DNA from: Thermoflexales bacterium
GTDB taxonomy: Bacteria; Chloroflexota; Anaerolineae; J036; Brachytrichaceae
Reading direction: 5' to 3'
Assembly: GCA_019694215.1 (NCBI GenBank)
Contig: JAIBCK010000002.1
Location: forward strand, 1-64,000
Length of the DNA: 64,000 bases
Below, piece by piece: positions 1 to 11,701 of this stretch; the stretch's first letter is position 1; the number at the start of each line of letters is the position of its first letter. A program made the position numbers and the translations under genes. The notes below the pieces were generated by a model, which saw only the letters and a list, made by a program, of their open reading frames with translations, searched no databases and had not been told where the DNA came from.

Positions 1-27
1 CTTCCGATAAGTAAACATTATCGGAAG
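1..27. promoter_or_regulatory. Perfect 10-bp inverted repeat (CTTCCGATAA / TTATCGGAAG) with a 7-nt AT-rich spacer, immediately upstream of ORF 45..452
   Basis: Palindrome read directly from the sequence. It is locally AT-rich in a 68% GC genome and sits 18 nt upstream of an ATG. Confidence 0.4.
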
Positions 28-44
28 TATAGCATCATTCGAGG

Positions 45-452
45 ATGCACAATAGGCCCATGGGCACAGAAACGATTTCCACCAAGCTTGCCGCGTATGG
101 CGAGCTCATGGCCGCACTCGACGTCATTCGGGCTGACCAGCAACGCGCCCGGGACTCGGTGCTGACGCCGGAGATTCGTGCGCGCCTGGCGGAGATCGAG
201 CTGGAGTTCGCGCCCCAGATCGACGCCGCTACGGCGCGCATCGACGCGCTGCTGGCCGAGATCAAGACTGAGGTGCTGACAGCCGGAGAGACCGCCCGCG
301 GTGGCGGCTACACGGCGGTTTGGTCACGCGGCCGCGCCAGCTGGAACGACAAGGCCCTCCTGAACTACGCTGTCGAACATCCGGAGATTCTGGGCTTCCG
401 GGCAACCGGCGATCCCACGGTCAGCTTGCGTAAGGCAAAGGCAAGCGACTGA
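45..452 (+). CDS. Hypothetical protein (coiled-coil-like N-terminus)
   Basis: Open frame with codon usage consistent with its neighbours. I recognise no family. Confidence 0.35.
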   Translation: MHNRPMGTETISTKLAAYGELMAALDVIRADQQRARDSVLTPEIRARLAEIELEFAPQIDAATARIDALLAEIKTEVLTAGETARGGGYTAVWSRGRASWNDKALLNYAVEHPEILGFRATGDPTVSLRKAKASD

Positions 453-635
453 CGCCTGCCTGGCCGCGGGACAGTCATGCGTCATCCGTCATGCGTTGGG
501 GGCGTCTGCAGGGCGGCGAGTCGTGCGCGGCCATGCAGAACAAATGTTCCACTATCTTCCTTCGTCCCTTCGTTCTTCTGTGAACCTATCGCTGTGAACC
601 TGCCGCTGTCTACGGTCGGCCGTCCGCCGTCAGCG

Positions 636-1169
636 ATGTCGCAGTATCATCCCCCAATGGCACACGAACTCGACAACTACAAAGCGATGCTGACCATGCT
701 CTTTGGTCAGGTGGATGAAACCCTCAAGGGCATTTCGCCCGCAGCGATGCTGTATGTCCCCTTTGTCGGCGATGCTGCGAGTGGAGAGACCGCGTCGGCG
801 GGCTGGTTCCTCGCCCATGGCGTCTCGTCAACGGTCTATCTGTTGCGCCTGGCGCAGTTTGCCGCGGGTCAGATCCCGTATGACGCGGTCAGCGGGGATC
901 AGGGTGAGGACGAATTCACACCCGCCAATCAGGACCCCGAGCGCATGCGTGAGCGCTCGCGCAACGCGCTGGCCACCTCGCTCGCGGTCATGGACGCCCT
1001 GGGGCATGCCAATCTCGACGGTGAGGTCCCCCACCCCACGCGCGCCGGCCGCACCCTGCGGGCACGCTATTGCATCACGCACGCCATCGACCACCTCAGC
1101 CAGCACATCGGCCACGCTCAGGTCACCCGCCAGATCGCCGAGCGCATGGGCGGCCGGCCTATCGCGTAA
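636..1169 (+). CDS. DinB/YfiT-like (DinB_2 superfamily) metal-dependent protein
   Basis: Size about 177 aa with His-rich C-terminal motif HAIDHLSQHIGHAQ. Start taken at the internal ATG at 636; the 477 start in the ORF track looks like an extension. Confidence 0.5.
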   Translation: MSQYHPPMAHELDNYKAMLTMLFGQVDETLKGISPAAMLYVPFVGDAASGETASAGWFLAHGVSSTVYLLRLAQFAAGQIPYDAVSGDQGEDEFTPANQDPERMRERSRNALATSLAVMDALGHANLDGEVPHPTRAGRTLRARYCITHAIDHLSQHIGHAQVTRQIAERMGGRPIA

Positions 1170-1204
1170 TGCGTCCTGCCGCGCTTTGACCCGGGAAAAC
1201 AGCG

Positions 1205-1238
1205 AGGGCCGCTCAACTGAGCGGCCCTCATCATTTCA
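1205..1238. terminator. Bidirectional intrinsic terminator between convergent genes
   Basis: 11-bp perfect stem GAGGGCCGCTC / GAGCGGCCCTC with loop AACT, followed by ATCATTTC. Confidence 0.6.
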
Positions 1239-1250
1239 AGCGCTTCCCGG

Positions 1251-1709
1251 CTATTTGCCCGAGACCGTCGGAAAGCCCTTCGATCGCCAGGACAGCAGGC
1301 CTCCCGCCATGCTCGTCACGCTGGGATAGCCCGACTTGAGCAGGATGTCGCGCGCCTGCCCGCTCCGGTTGCCGGAACGACAAACGATCACCACTTCCCT
1401 GTCACGCGGGATCTCCGCCAAACGCTGTTCGAGCTGACCGAGCGGGATGAGCTTCGTGTTGCTGACATGGAACTCCTCCCACTCCGATGGCTCGCGCACA
1501 TCCAACACGAAGGCACCCGTGGATTGCTTCTTCTGGGCCTCCTCCGGCGTGATCTCGCGGGGCAGCGGCGCAAGCGACATGGGGCCAGCCGCCACGGGCA
1601 CGGCCGGCACGGCCGTCGACGGCGCGCTGGCGCCACCGCAGCCACTCAGCAACAGCACCCCGCCAAGCGCGCCCGCAATGACGGCAGCCAGGGGTCGATT
1701 GGATTTCAT
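1251..1709 (-). CDS. Rhodanese-domain lipoprotein (sulfurtransferase-like)
   Basis: Signal peptide with lipobox LLSGC. Rhodanese active-site loop VIVCRSGNRS. Confidence 0.8.
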   Translation of the reverse strand: MKSNRPLAAVIAGALGGVLLLSGCGGASAPSTAVPAVPVAAGPMSLAPLPREITPEEAQKKQSTGAFVLDVREPSEWEEFHVSNTKLIPLGQLEQRLAEIPRDREVVIVCRSGNRSGQARDILLKSGYPSVTSMAGGLLSWRSKGFPTVSGK

Positions 1710-1749
1710 ATCCCTATCGTCTTCGCAAAGCGTCGAACGTTACACGCGC

Positions 1750-2691
1750 CTATGGCGCCTTTCCGCCGGCACCGCTGGCGATCAGCTGCGGCAGGATTCC
1801 CGCGTCGGTTGGCACCAGCGTGATCGCGCCCTTGCTTTCGAGCAGGCGCTGCACTTCGAGCGCCTCGAACAGCGTCTTCGCCACCTCGGGGTTCTCCGAG
1901 ATCTTCTGCAGCGTCGCGCCGACGATCTGCGGGCGCGTGGCCGCGGCCTTGCCGAACTCGATTGCCGCCTGACGTTCGGCGGTGCTGGTGATGATGTTGA
2001 CCTGGTTGATGCCGTTCTGGCGGATTGCCGCCGTGACCTGACGCAGGCGGTTCACGACCTTGGCCTCGATCCCGCGCTTCATGGCCTCGTCGCGGAACTG
2101 CACCTTGCGCACATACACACTGCCCAGGCGATAGCCCCAGTCGGCCGAGTGGGCCGTCACCTCGTTTCGCACGAGTTGGCTCATGCGATGGCGTTCCTCG
2201 AGCAGCTGTGCCAGTGGCATGTTGCTGAGCGTGCGCACCGAGGCGTTGCTCACGTTCGCTGCGAGCGAACCGCGCGGGTCGCTGTTCTTGAAGAGGAAGG
2301 CAACCGGGTCACTCACGAACATCTCGTACCACAGGCCAATGCCCATCGGCGCGCCCTCTTCGCTGTTGACCGCGCTATTGCGCAGATACTGCTGATCCAG
2401 GCGCAGGTCGACGACGCGCATGCTGCCGAGCCAGTTCACCACGAAGGCGGCCGGCCCAAGCTTGGCGGGGAGCAGGTGCAGGCCAGGTTCGTCGATCACC
2501 CCGATGACCTTGCCGAACAGGACATAGACAAAAGCGCGGCGCTCGGGGACGACGACATACAGCCCGAGGATGCGCATGATGCCCTTGGCAATCCCCCACC
2601 CCAGCGACATCACGACAAAAATCAAGATTGCGGTCGGGATGGCCGCAAGGAATCCGAACTGGCTGAACAGGCGTTCAAGGAGCTGGCTCAC
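1750..2691 (-). CDS. SPFH/band-7 (stomatin/HflC-like) membrane protein
   Basis: N-terminal TM followed by an SPFH domain. GTG start at 2691 preceded by GGAGGTGA. Its start overlaps the stop of the upstream SPFH gene (GTGA). Confidence 0.8.
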   Translation of the reverse strand: MSQLLERLFSQFGFLAAIPTAILIFVVMSLGWGIAKGIMRILGLYVVVPERRAFVYVLFGKVIGVIDEPGLHLLPAKLGPAAFVVNWLGSMRVVDLRLDQQYLRNSAVNSEEGAPMGIGLWYEMFVSDPVAFLFKNSDPRGSLAANVSNASVRTLSNMPLAQLLEERHRMSQLVRNEVTAHSADWGYRLGSVYVRKVQFRDEAMKRGIEAKVVNRLRQVTAAIRQNGINQVNIITSTAERQAAIEFGKAAATRPQIVGATLQKISENPEVAKTLFEALEVQRLLESKGAITLVPTDAGILPQLIASGAGGKAP

Positions 2692-3680
2692 GGCTTCACC
2701 TCCATCACGGCGCGCTGAGCGTTGGCGTACAGACCGAGCCGGACGTAACGCAGATAGCTGTCCAGCGCATCCGGACCGCTCTCCTTGAGCAGCGAGAGCT
2801 GCTTGGAGAGGGCCAGCAGCGGTTCAGTCTCCGCCTGGGCCTTGAGGGTTTCGATCTCAACGGCGCGCTTGGACTGTACGATCTTCTGATCGGCGCTGGC
2901 CTGGGCCACCGAAATATCTGAACTCACCTGGTTGTACGCGGTGTTGATCGCCGCGAGCGCGTTCTCGACTTCGTTGGGCGGGTCGATGGCGGTAATCAGC
3001 GAGGCATCCAGCACCACGCCGTAGCGCGCCGCTGAGGACGCGCATTCGCGATCCATGTGCTCGTTGATGTCGCGCAGGTTCTTGCGCAGGTCGTTGATCG
3101 AGATGCCCGCCGTCGTCGTGGCATCCACCGGCTGCGACGACTCGGAGGCCGGCCGTTCGGGTGCTTCGTAGTTGGCGATGCGCTCGCGCAGGATCGAGTG
3201 GAAGTAGCCCATGATATGCACGAGCGGGTTCTTGATGCCAAACAGAAAGGCATACAGGTTCGCCTCACTGACGCGGTAGCGGATCTGGCCGCGCAGTTCG
3301 GTGTTCAGCTGGTCCTTCGTCACGGCTTCGAGCACCTGTCCGCCCTGATTGAGCTGCGGATTCTCGGCGTCATAGGCCAGGCTGACGGTCTGGATGGCGA
3401 CCTGGATCTTGTAGACCTTCTCCCACGGCCACTTGATGTACGGGCCGCCGGGCGGGATCACCTGGACCTGCGGATAGATGTAGCGTTCCCGCTCCTCCGG
3501 CCGCAAAGCCTGCGAGATCGGGTTGTCCAGGGTGGTCAGTTTCCCGATGCGGAGGGCTTTTCCAAAACTTGTCTTCACCGCGCGCTCGTTCTGATTGACG
3601 GTGAAGAGGCTCGGCAGCATCGTGCGGATCACCCACAGGGCGATGCCGAGCAAGATGCCGACTGCAATGCCTGCTGACAT
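2688..3680 (-). CDS. SPFH/band-7 (HflK-like) membrane protein
   Basis: TM plus SPFH domain. ATG at 3680 is preceded by AGGAGG 7 nt upstream. The ORF-track start at 3722 is a likely extension. Confidence 0.8.
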   Translation of the reverse strand: MSAGIAVGILLGIALWVIRTMLPSLFTVNQNERAVKTSFGKALRIGKLTTLDNPISQALRPEERERYIYPQVQVIPPGGPYIKWPWEKVYKIQVAIQTVSLAYDAENPQLNQGGQVLEAVTKDQLNTELRGQIRYRVSEANLYAFLFGIKNPLVHIMGYFHSILRERIANYEAPERPASESSQPVDATTTAGISINDLRKNLRDINEHMDRECASSAARYGVVLDASLITAIDPPNEVENALAAINTAYNQVSSDISVAQASADQKIVQSKRAVEIETLKAQAETEPLLALSKQLSLLKESGPDALDSYLRYVRLGLYANAQRAVMEVKP

Positions 3681-3734
3681 ATCGTTCCTCCTCTTGATTT
3701 GCGCCACCGCCCACGCGGGCAACGGCGCGTCTCC

Positions 3735-4274
3735 CTACAATACACCAAGCTTCTTCGCAAGGCGCTGGACGGTGTTCATCCCGCGCAGGGTGCCCGGCGT
3801 GCCGATCGTGCGCTCGAGCACTGCGTTGCTAAAGCGCGAGTCGCTCTGTTTGACGGCGCACAACCAGTACACTTCGCGCCCAACGGCCATCAGCGCGTCG
3901 ATGTCGGAGTTCCGCGCCGCGAGCGCCTTTTGCTGCGCAGCTGTCAGCGTGTGCGCCACAAACGACACATTGAAGGCCCCCGCTGCCGCGATGGCCGCGG
4001 CTGGCCAGGGCGTGCACGTCGCGACCGCCGCGACCTCGGCCTCGCTGCGGACAAAGGTGGCCACGTCATAGCCAAGCCGCGCCTTCAGCCCGTCCGCGAT
4101 GCGGCCCTCGAGCGTCACCGGTGCCAGGCGGGATTGAAAGATCACGTTCCCGCTGGCGATGAAAGTCTCGACCTGCTCCAGCCCGAACGATTCGAAGTGT
4201 GCGGCGAGATCAGCCATGCTGACGAAGCGGCCGCCGACATTGATCGCCCGGAGAAAAGCGACGTAGCGCGGCAT
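3735..4274 (-). CDS. DUF1697 family protein
   Basis: N-terminal MPRYVAFLRAINVGG is typical of DUF1697. It lies 4 nt downstream of the amidohydrolase stop. Confidence 0.6.
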   Translation of the reverse strand: MPRYVAFLRAINVGGRFVSMADLAAHFESFGLEQVETFIASGNVIFQSRLAPVTLEGRIADGLKARLGYDVATFVRSEAEVAAVATCTPWPAAAIAAAGAFNVSFVAHTLTAAQQKALAARNSDIDALMAVGREVYWLCAVKQSDSRFSNAVLERTIGTPGTLRGMNTVQRLAKKLGVL

Positions 4275-4278
4275 GCGG

Positions 4279-5754
4279 CTAGCGCCCCACCCTTGGCACG
4301 GGCTCATGCCGCACCAGCGCGTGGCTGATCGCGTTGTGGCGCTCGATCACGCGCGGCAGGTCCACGGTTGTGAGATGGCCGCCCTCGATCACCACCCGTC
4401 CGTTGATCATGGAGAAGTCGACGCCGCGCGGCGCGCAGAACAGGATCGCTGCCAGCGGGTCATGCAGTGCGCCGGCGTACTCCACGCGGTTGAGATCGAT
4501 GGCGATCAGGTCGGCGGCAAAGCCAGGAGCCAGCTGCGCAATGTCCGACCGCCCCAGGACCGAGGCACCTCCCCGTGTGGCCAACCACAGAGACTCGTAG
4601 GCCGACAGCGCGCTTCGCTTGTGGCCGGCCGAGACGCTGTCATACATCGCGAAGGTCTCGTCCATCACGCGCTGAAGCAGCATGGCCTGGCGCGCTTCCA
4701 GCAGCATGTGGTTGCCATCGTTGCTGGCGCTGCCATCCACGCCCAGCCCAACCTTGACCCCGGCGTTGAGCATCAGGCGGATCGGCGCAATTCCCGAGGC
4801 CAGCCGCATGTTGCTGCTGGGGCAGTGCGCGACACCGCAGCCGCACGCGCCCATCCGGGTGAGGTCATCACCACGAAAGTGGACGCCGTGGGCATACCAC
4901 ACGTCTTCGCCCACCCACTCTACCGATTCGGCGTAGTCCAACGGACGCTTGCCAAACATGCCCAGGCAGAAGGCGTCCTCGTCGCGGGTCTCGGCGAGAT
5001 GGGTGTGCAGCATCACGCCCTTGGCGCGGGCCAGGCGCGCGCTCTCGCGCATCAGGTCGGACGTGACGGAAAACGGCGAGCACGGCGCAAGCGCCACGCG
5101 GGTCATGGCATAGCGTGAAGCATCGTGAAAGGTCTCGATCGCCCGCACGCTGTCCGTGAGGATCGCCCCCTCCTCCTCCGCCGCCCGATCCGGCGGCAGC
5201 CCGCCCTTGGACTCGCCCAGGCTCATCGAACCGCGCGTGGCGTGAAAGCGCAAGCCGATCGTCCGCGCGGCCTCGATCTCGTCGTCGATGCGGCAGTCGT
5301 TCGGATAGATATACAGGTGATCACTTGCCGTTGTGCAGCCGCTCAGCATCAGCTCGGCGATTCCGGTCAGCGCGCTGGTGTAGACGGCGTCACCGGTTAG
5401 GCCCAGCCAGATGGGATACAGCGTCTTGAGCCAGTTGAACAGCCCGTTGTCCTGCGCAATGCAACGCGTCAGGGTCTGATACAGGTGATGGTGGGTGTTG
5501 ACCAGCCCGGGCAGCACGATGTGCCCCTTCAGCCGATGGGTGGCCACAGGCGCACCAGCCCCCAGCGCCGCGATGGCCGCCGAAGCGGCACTGGCCTTCC
5601 CCACCCAGATGATCTCGGACCCGCGCACGAGCAGCGCGGCATCCCGCAAGGGGGCGGCCGGCTGCTCGCGGCTGCCGGTCATCGGGACGAGCGTGTCGAT
5701 GTCGGTGAGGAGGGTGAGGGGCGCGGCGGGGGTTTGGCGGGTCGCGGTTGACAT
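4279..5754 (-). CDS. 8-oxoguanine deaminase family amidohydrolase
   Basis: Strong similarity by recall to 8-oxoguanine deaminase: LVNTHHHLYQTL, WLKTLYPIW, ALAPCSPFSVT, HTHLAET, HCPSSNMRLASGI, GLGVDGSASND. Start taken at the internal Met (MSTATRQ). Confidence 0.85.
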   Translation of the reverse strand: MSTATRQTPAAPLTLLTDIDTLVPMTGSREQPAAPLRDAALLVRGSEIIWVGKASAASAAIAALGAGAPVATHRLKGHIVLPGLVNTHHHLYQTLTRCIAQDNGLFNWLKTLYPIWLGLTGDAVYTSALTGIAELMLSGCTTASDHLYIYPNDCRIDDEIEAARTIGLRFHATRGSMSLGESKGGLPPDRAAEEEGAILTDSVRAIETFHDASRYAMTRVALAPCSPFSVTSDLMRESARLARAKGVMLHTHLAETRDEDAFCLGMFGKRPLDYAESVEWVGEDVWYAHGVHFRGDDLTRMGACGCGVAHCPSSNMRLASGIAPIRLMLNAGVKVGLGVDGSASNDGNHMLLEARQAMLLQRVMDETFAMYDSVSAGHKRSALSAYESLWLATRGGASVLGRSDIAQLAPGFAADLIAIDLNRVEYAGALHDPLAAILFCAPRGVDFSMINGRVVIEGGHLTTVDLPRVIERHNAISHALVRHEPVPRVGR

Positions 5755-5776
5755 GTTTGCAATTATGACGGAAAAT

Positions 5777-5791
5777 CGGGTTCCTAACCCG
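5777..5791. promoter_or_regulatory. Inverted repeat CGGGTT-cct-AACCCG in the divergent intergenic region
   Basis: 6-bp arms with a 3-nt spacer, in the 72-bp spacer between divergent amidohydrolase and LLM oxidoreductase genes. Confidence 0.3.
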
Positions 5792-5826
5792 TGACGGTTC
5801 ACCCCATTCCCCTCAGCAACCAAATT

Positions 5827-6828
<1,002 letters not shown>

Positions 6829-6846
6829 ACGATAACCACAACCATC

Positions 6847-8052
<1,206 letters not shown>

Positions 8053-8106
8053 CGTATTCAGGCGCGCGCCGACATTCCGCGCGCAACAAAAGGAGTAACA
8101 ACCACC

Positions 8107-9087
8107 ATGCAAACCAACCTCCGGGGCCGGGACTTCATCGGCGATCTGGACTTCAGCCGGGAAGAGGTCGAGACCGTTCTCGACGTCGCCTGGGATCTCA
8201 AGCGCAAGCGCGCGCTGCACGAGCCGCACGCGCTGCTGCGCGACAAGGTCCTGGCGATGCTCTTCTTCTTCACCAGCACCCGCACCCGCGGTTCGTTCGA
8301 GGCCGGCATGGCGCAGCTCGGCGGACACGCCGCGTTCATCGATTCCGAGACCACGCAGATTTCGCACGGCGACACCGCCAAGGAAATCGGCGAGATCTTC
8401 GGGCGCTACTTCGATGGGATCGCCATCCGCCAGTGCGACTGGAAGTTTGGCAACCAGTACATCAACGACGTCGCCAAGGCCAGCCGCGTGCCGATCCTGA
8501 ACATGCAGTGCGACGTCTATCACCCCTTCCAGTGTCTGGCCGACCTGATGACCATCATGGAGAAGAAGGGGCGCAACCTCAAGCGCAAGAAGATGGTGGT
8601 GTCGTGGGCCTACGCCGCGTCCTACAGCAAGCCCATCTCGGTGCCGCAGTCGCTCGTCCTGCAAATGACCCGCTTCGACTGCGACGTCGTGCTGGCCCAT
8701 CCGCCGGAGTTCAAGCTGATGCCCGAGGTGATGGAGCAGGCCCGCGCCAACGCGAAGCGCTATGGCGTCGGCTTCGAAGTCACGGACAACATGGACGAGG
8801 CGTTCAAGGACGCCGACATCGTCTATCCGAAGTCGTGGGGCCCGCTGGTCACCGACACGAGCAAGGAGGGCGGCAAGGCCCTCATCGAGAAGTATCGCTC
8901 GTGGATCACCGATCAGCGCCGCATGAACCTCGCCAAGGATGACTGCATCTACATGCACTGTCTGCCCGCCGACCGCAACCTGGAAGTGACTGACGAGGTC
9001 ATCGACGGGCGGAATTCGGTGGTCTATGACGAGGCCGAGAATCGCCTGCACGCGCAGAAGGCCGTGATGGCCCTCACGATGTCCTAG
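8107..9087 (+). CDS. ygeW: YgeW-family knotted carbamoyltransferase
   Basis: STRTR carbamoyl-phosphate motif, plus YgeW-specific stretches WAYAASYSKPISVPQS, AFKDADIVYPKSW and YMHCLPAD. Confidence 0.9.
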   Translation: MQTNLRGRDFIGDLDFSREEVETVLDVAWDLKRKRALHEPHALLRDKVLAMLFFFTSTRTRGSFEAGMAQLGGHAAFIDSETTQISHGDTAKEIGEIFGRYFDGIAIRQCDWKFGNQYINDVAKASRVPILNMQCDVYHPFQCLADLMTIMEKKGRNLKRKKMVVSWAYAASYSKPISVPQSLVLQMTRFDCDVVLAHPPEFKLMPEVMEQARANAKRYGVGFEVTDNMDEAFKDADIVYPKSWGPLVTDTSKEGGKALIEKYRSWITDQRRMNLAKDDCIYMHCLPADRNLEVTDEVIDGRNSVVYDEAENRLHAQKAVMALTMS

Positions 9088-9095
9088 GACCTGTT

Positions 9096-9141
9096 GCGGG
9101 CGGGGGTTTGCCACGGCGAGCCCCCGCCCGTCTGTTGTGTG
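9096..9141 (+). terminator. Intrinsic terminator-like hairpin between ygeW and the carbamate kinase gene
   Basis: GCGGGCGGGGG ... CCCCCGCCCG stem (10-11 bp) followed by TCTGTTGTGTG. Confidence 0.5.
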
Positions 9142-9190
9142 AGGACGTGATTCGCTGACGCCCCCACCCCCTCAGACCGGAACACACTCC

Positions 9191-10150
9191 ATGACGAGCA
9201 CCCCCAAGCTGGCCGTTCTTGCGGTCGGCGGCAACGCCCTTATTCTCGATGAAAAGCACAAGACGGTGCAGGATCAGTACGCCGCCGTCGTCGAGTGCAT
9301 GGATCATGTCGTCGCGCTGATGCGCGATGGCTGGAACGTCGTCGTCACCCACGGCAATGGCCCGCAGGTCGGTTTCATCCTGCGGCGCTCGGAGCTCTCG
9401 CGCCACGAGCTGCACGAGGTGCCGCTCGACTCGTGCGGCGCGGACACGCAGGGCGCGATTGGCTATCTCTTTCAGAAGGCGCTGGTGAATGCCTTCAAGA
9501 AGGCAGGCATGGACCGCCAGGCCGTCACCGTCGTCACCCAGGTCGAGGTCGACGCCAATGACCCCGCCTTCAAGAAGCCCACCAAGCCCATCGGCTCGTT
9601 CATGCCTGAGGCCGATGCGCGCGTGAAGATGGAGAAAGAGGGTTGGACGATGGTCGAGGACGCCGGCCGTGGTTGGCGCCGCGTCGTTGCGTCCCCCCTG
9701 CCCAAGCGCATCGTCGAGCGCGATGCGATTCTGACCCTGATCGACCACGGCTTCACCGTCATCGCGGTCGGCGGCGGCGGCATCCCGGTCGTGCAGAACG
9801 CGGCAGGTGAGCTGAACGGCGTGGAGGCCGTCATCGACAAGGACTTTGGCGGCGCCCTGCTCGCGGCCAGCCTGCCGGTCGATCTCTTCATCATTGCGAC
9901 CGCGGTTGAGAAGGCGGCCATCAACTTCCGCAAGCCCAACGAACGCTGGTTGGATGTCATCACCGTCGATGAGGCGCGCAAGTTCCAAAGCGAAGGCCAC
10001 TTTGCTGCCGGAAGCATGGGCCCGAAGATCGAAGCCGCCATTTCGTTTGTCTCGCGCACGGGCAAGCCGGCCGTCATCACCAACCTCGAAAGCTTGAACC
10101 AGGCCGTGGCCGGCAAGAGCGGCACGCGCGTGGTGGCCAATCCCAAATGA
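9191..10150 (+). CDS. arcC: Carbamate kinase
   Basis: Amino-acid kinase family with carbamate-kinase motifs: VLAVGGNAL, VVTHGNGPQVG, IAVGGGGIPVV. Confidence 0.85.
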   Translation: MTSTPKLAVLAVGGNALILDEKHKTVQDQYAAVVECMDHVVALMRDGWNVVVTHGNGPQVGFILRRSELSRHELHEVPLDSCGADTQGAIGYLFQKALVNAFKKAGMDRQAVTVVTQVEVDANDPAFKKPTKPIGSFMPEADARVKMEKEGWTMVEDAGRGWRRVVASPLPKRIVERDAILTLIDHGFTVIAVGGGGIPVVQNAAGELNGVEAVIDKDFGGALLAASLPVDLFIIATAVEKAAINFRKPNERWLDVITVDEARKFQSEGHFAAGSMGPKIEAAISFVSRTGKPAVITNLESLNQAVAGKSGTRVVANPK

Positions 10151-11496
10151 CAGCACGTCCCCTTCACATCACAAACGCCACGTTGGTGACCTGGGGTGCC
10201 GAGCCGCGCCTCCTGTCCGACCATGCCCTGCGCGTGGTCGATGGCCGGATCGCGGAGATCGGCCCGGCCCGGGCGATGAAGGACGCCCACCCCGGGGACG
10301 AGGTCGTGGACGCGCGGGGGCAGCTCCTGATGCCTGGCAACATCTGCGCGCACACGCACTTCTACGGCGCGTTCGCGCGCGGCATGGCGATCCCCGGTGA
10401 CGCGCCCAAGGACTTCCCCGACATTCTGGTCCGGCTGTGGTGGAAACTGGACAGGGCCCTGTCGATGGATGATGTGCGCTCCAGCGCGGAGATCTTCATG
10501 GTCGATGCGATTCGGAATGGCACAACGACGTTGATCGACCACCACGCTTCGCCCAACGCTCTCGAGGGCTCGCTGGATGTCATCGCCGACGTCGTCGATC
10601 AGGCCGGCCTGCGCGCCTGTCTGTGCTACGAGGTGACGGACCGGGACGGCGAAGCGAAGATGCGGGCCGGCATCGCGGAGAACGTGCGCTTCTTGAAGCG
10701 CGCGCCTGGCCTGGCCGGTGGCCGTCTCGCCGCGGCCTTTGGCCTGCACGCCAGCCTGAGCCTGTCCGAAGCATCGCTGGAAGCCTGCCGCGCGGCCGCG
10801 CCAGCTGACACGGCCTTCCACGTCCACGTCGCCGAGCACGAGTCCGACGAGTACGACAGCCTCAAGCGCTCCGGTCTACGCGTCGTCGATCGGCTGCACA
10901 AGCATGGCCTGCTTGGCCGGCGCTCGATCGCTGCGCACTGCGTGCATGTCGACCTGGCCGAGGCCGCGCTCCTGAAGGAGACTGGCACAACGGTCACACA
11001 TCAGGCGCGCTCAAACATGAACAACGCCGTCGGCGCGGCCGACATCGAAGGCCTGAGCCGGCTTGGGGTGCGGGTGTGCCTCGGGACGGATGGCTTCTCG
11101 CACGCGATGTGGGATGAATGGAAGGCGGCCTATCTCCTCCACAAGGCCCAGCACCGCGACCCACGCCGCGCCAATGGCTCGCTCATCGCCCAGATGGGCG
11201 TCGCCAACAATGCCGCGTTGGCCGAACAGTTCTTCCCCGGCGCGCGCCTGGGCGAGCTGACCGTGGGCGGGCAGGCCGATCTGATCCTGGTCGACTACCA
11301 CGCCCCCACCCCGCTCAGCGCCGGCAACCTGCCGTGGCACATCCTGTTCGGGTTTGGTGCGCAGATGGTGACGATGACCATGGTGGCCGGGCGCATCCTG
11401 ATGCGCGACCGCCAGCTGGTCGGTCTCGACGAAGCCGCCATCGCCGCCCGCGCACGCGCGCTGGCGGCTCGCACCTGGGAGCGCTACTGGGGCTAG
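10147..11496 (+). CDS. ssnA: SsnA-like aminohydrolase (amidohydrolase superfamily)
   Basis: Similarity by recall to E. coli SsnA (MPGNICAHTHFY, LWWKLDRAL, LIDHHASPNA, ARSNMNN). Overlaps the arcC stop by 4 nt. Confidence 0.85.
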   Translation: MTARPLHITNATLVTWGAEPRLLSDHALRVVDGRIAEIGPARAMKDAHPGDEVVDARGQLLMPGNICAHTHFYGAFARGMAIPGDAPKDFPDILVRLWWKLDRALSMDDVRSSAEIFMVDAIRNGTTTLIDHHASPNALEGSLDVIADVVDQAGLRACLCYEVTDRDGEAKMRAGIAENVRFLKRAPGLAGGRLAAAFGLHASLSLSEASLEACRAAAPADTAFHVHVAEHESDEYDSLKRSGLRVVDRLHKHGLLGRRSIAAHCVHVDLAEAALLKETGTTVTHQARSNMNNAVGAADIEGLSRLGVRVCLGTDGFSHAMWDEWKAAYLLHKAQHRDPRRANGSLIAQMGVANNAALAEQFFPGARLGELTVGGQADLILVDYHAPTPLSAGNLPWHILFGFGAQMVTMTMVAGRILMRDRQLVGLDEAAIAARARALAARTWERYWG

Positions 11497-11520
11497 GGCG
11501 CGCCATTCACGGGTTTCGAG

Positions 11521-11558
11521 GCCTCCCCGCCCTTGTCGGCAGGGAGGCCCTTTCGTTT
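11521..11558 (+). terminator. Rho-independent terminator after the ssnA-like gene
   Basis: GCCTCCC ... GGGAGGC hairpin followed by CCTTTCGTTT. Confidence 0.6.
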
Positions 11559-11701
11559 ACATAACTGAATGAGACCGCCAATGAAGCGCCAATGCGCCGG
11601 ATATAGACTCCGCACGTTTGTCTCGTTGAACGACCTGCCCGAATGTCTCGGTCGTTCGTACGCCGGGACAGTGCCATCAATCTGACACGGTCCGGCAAGG
11701 A

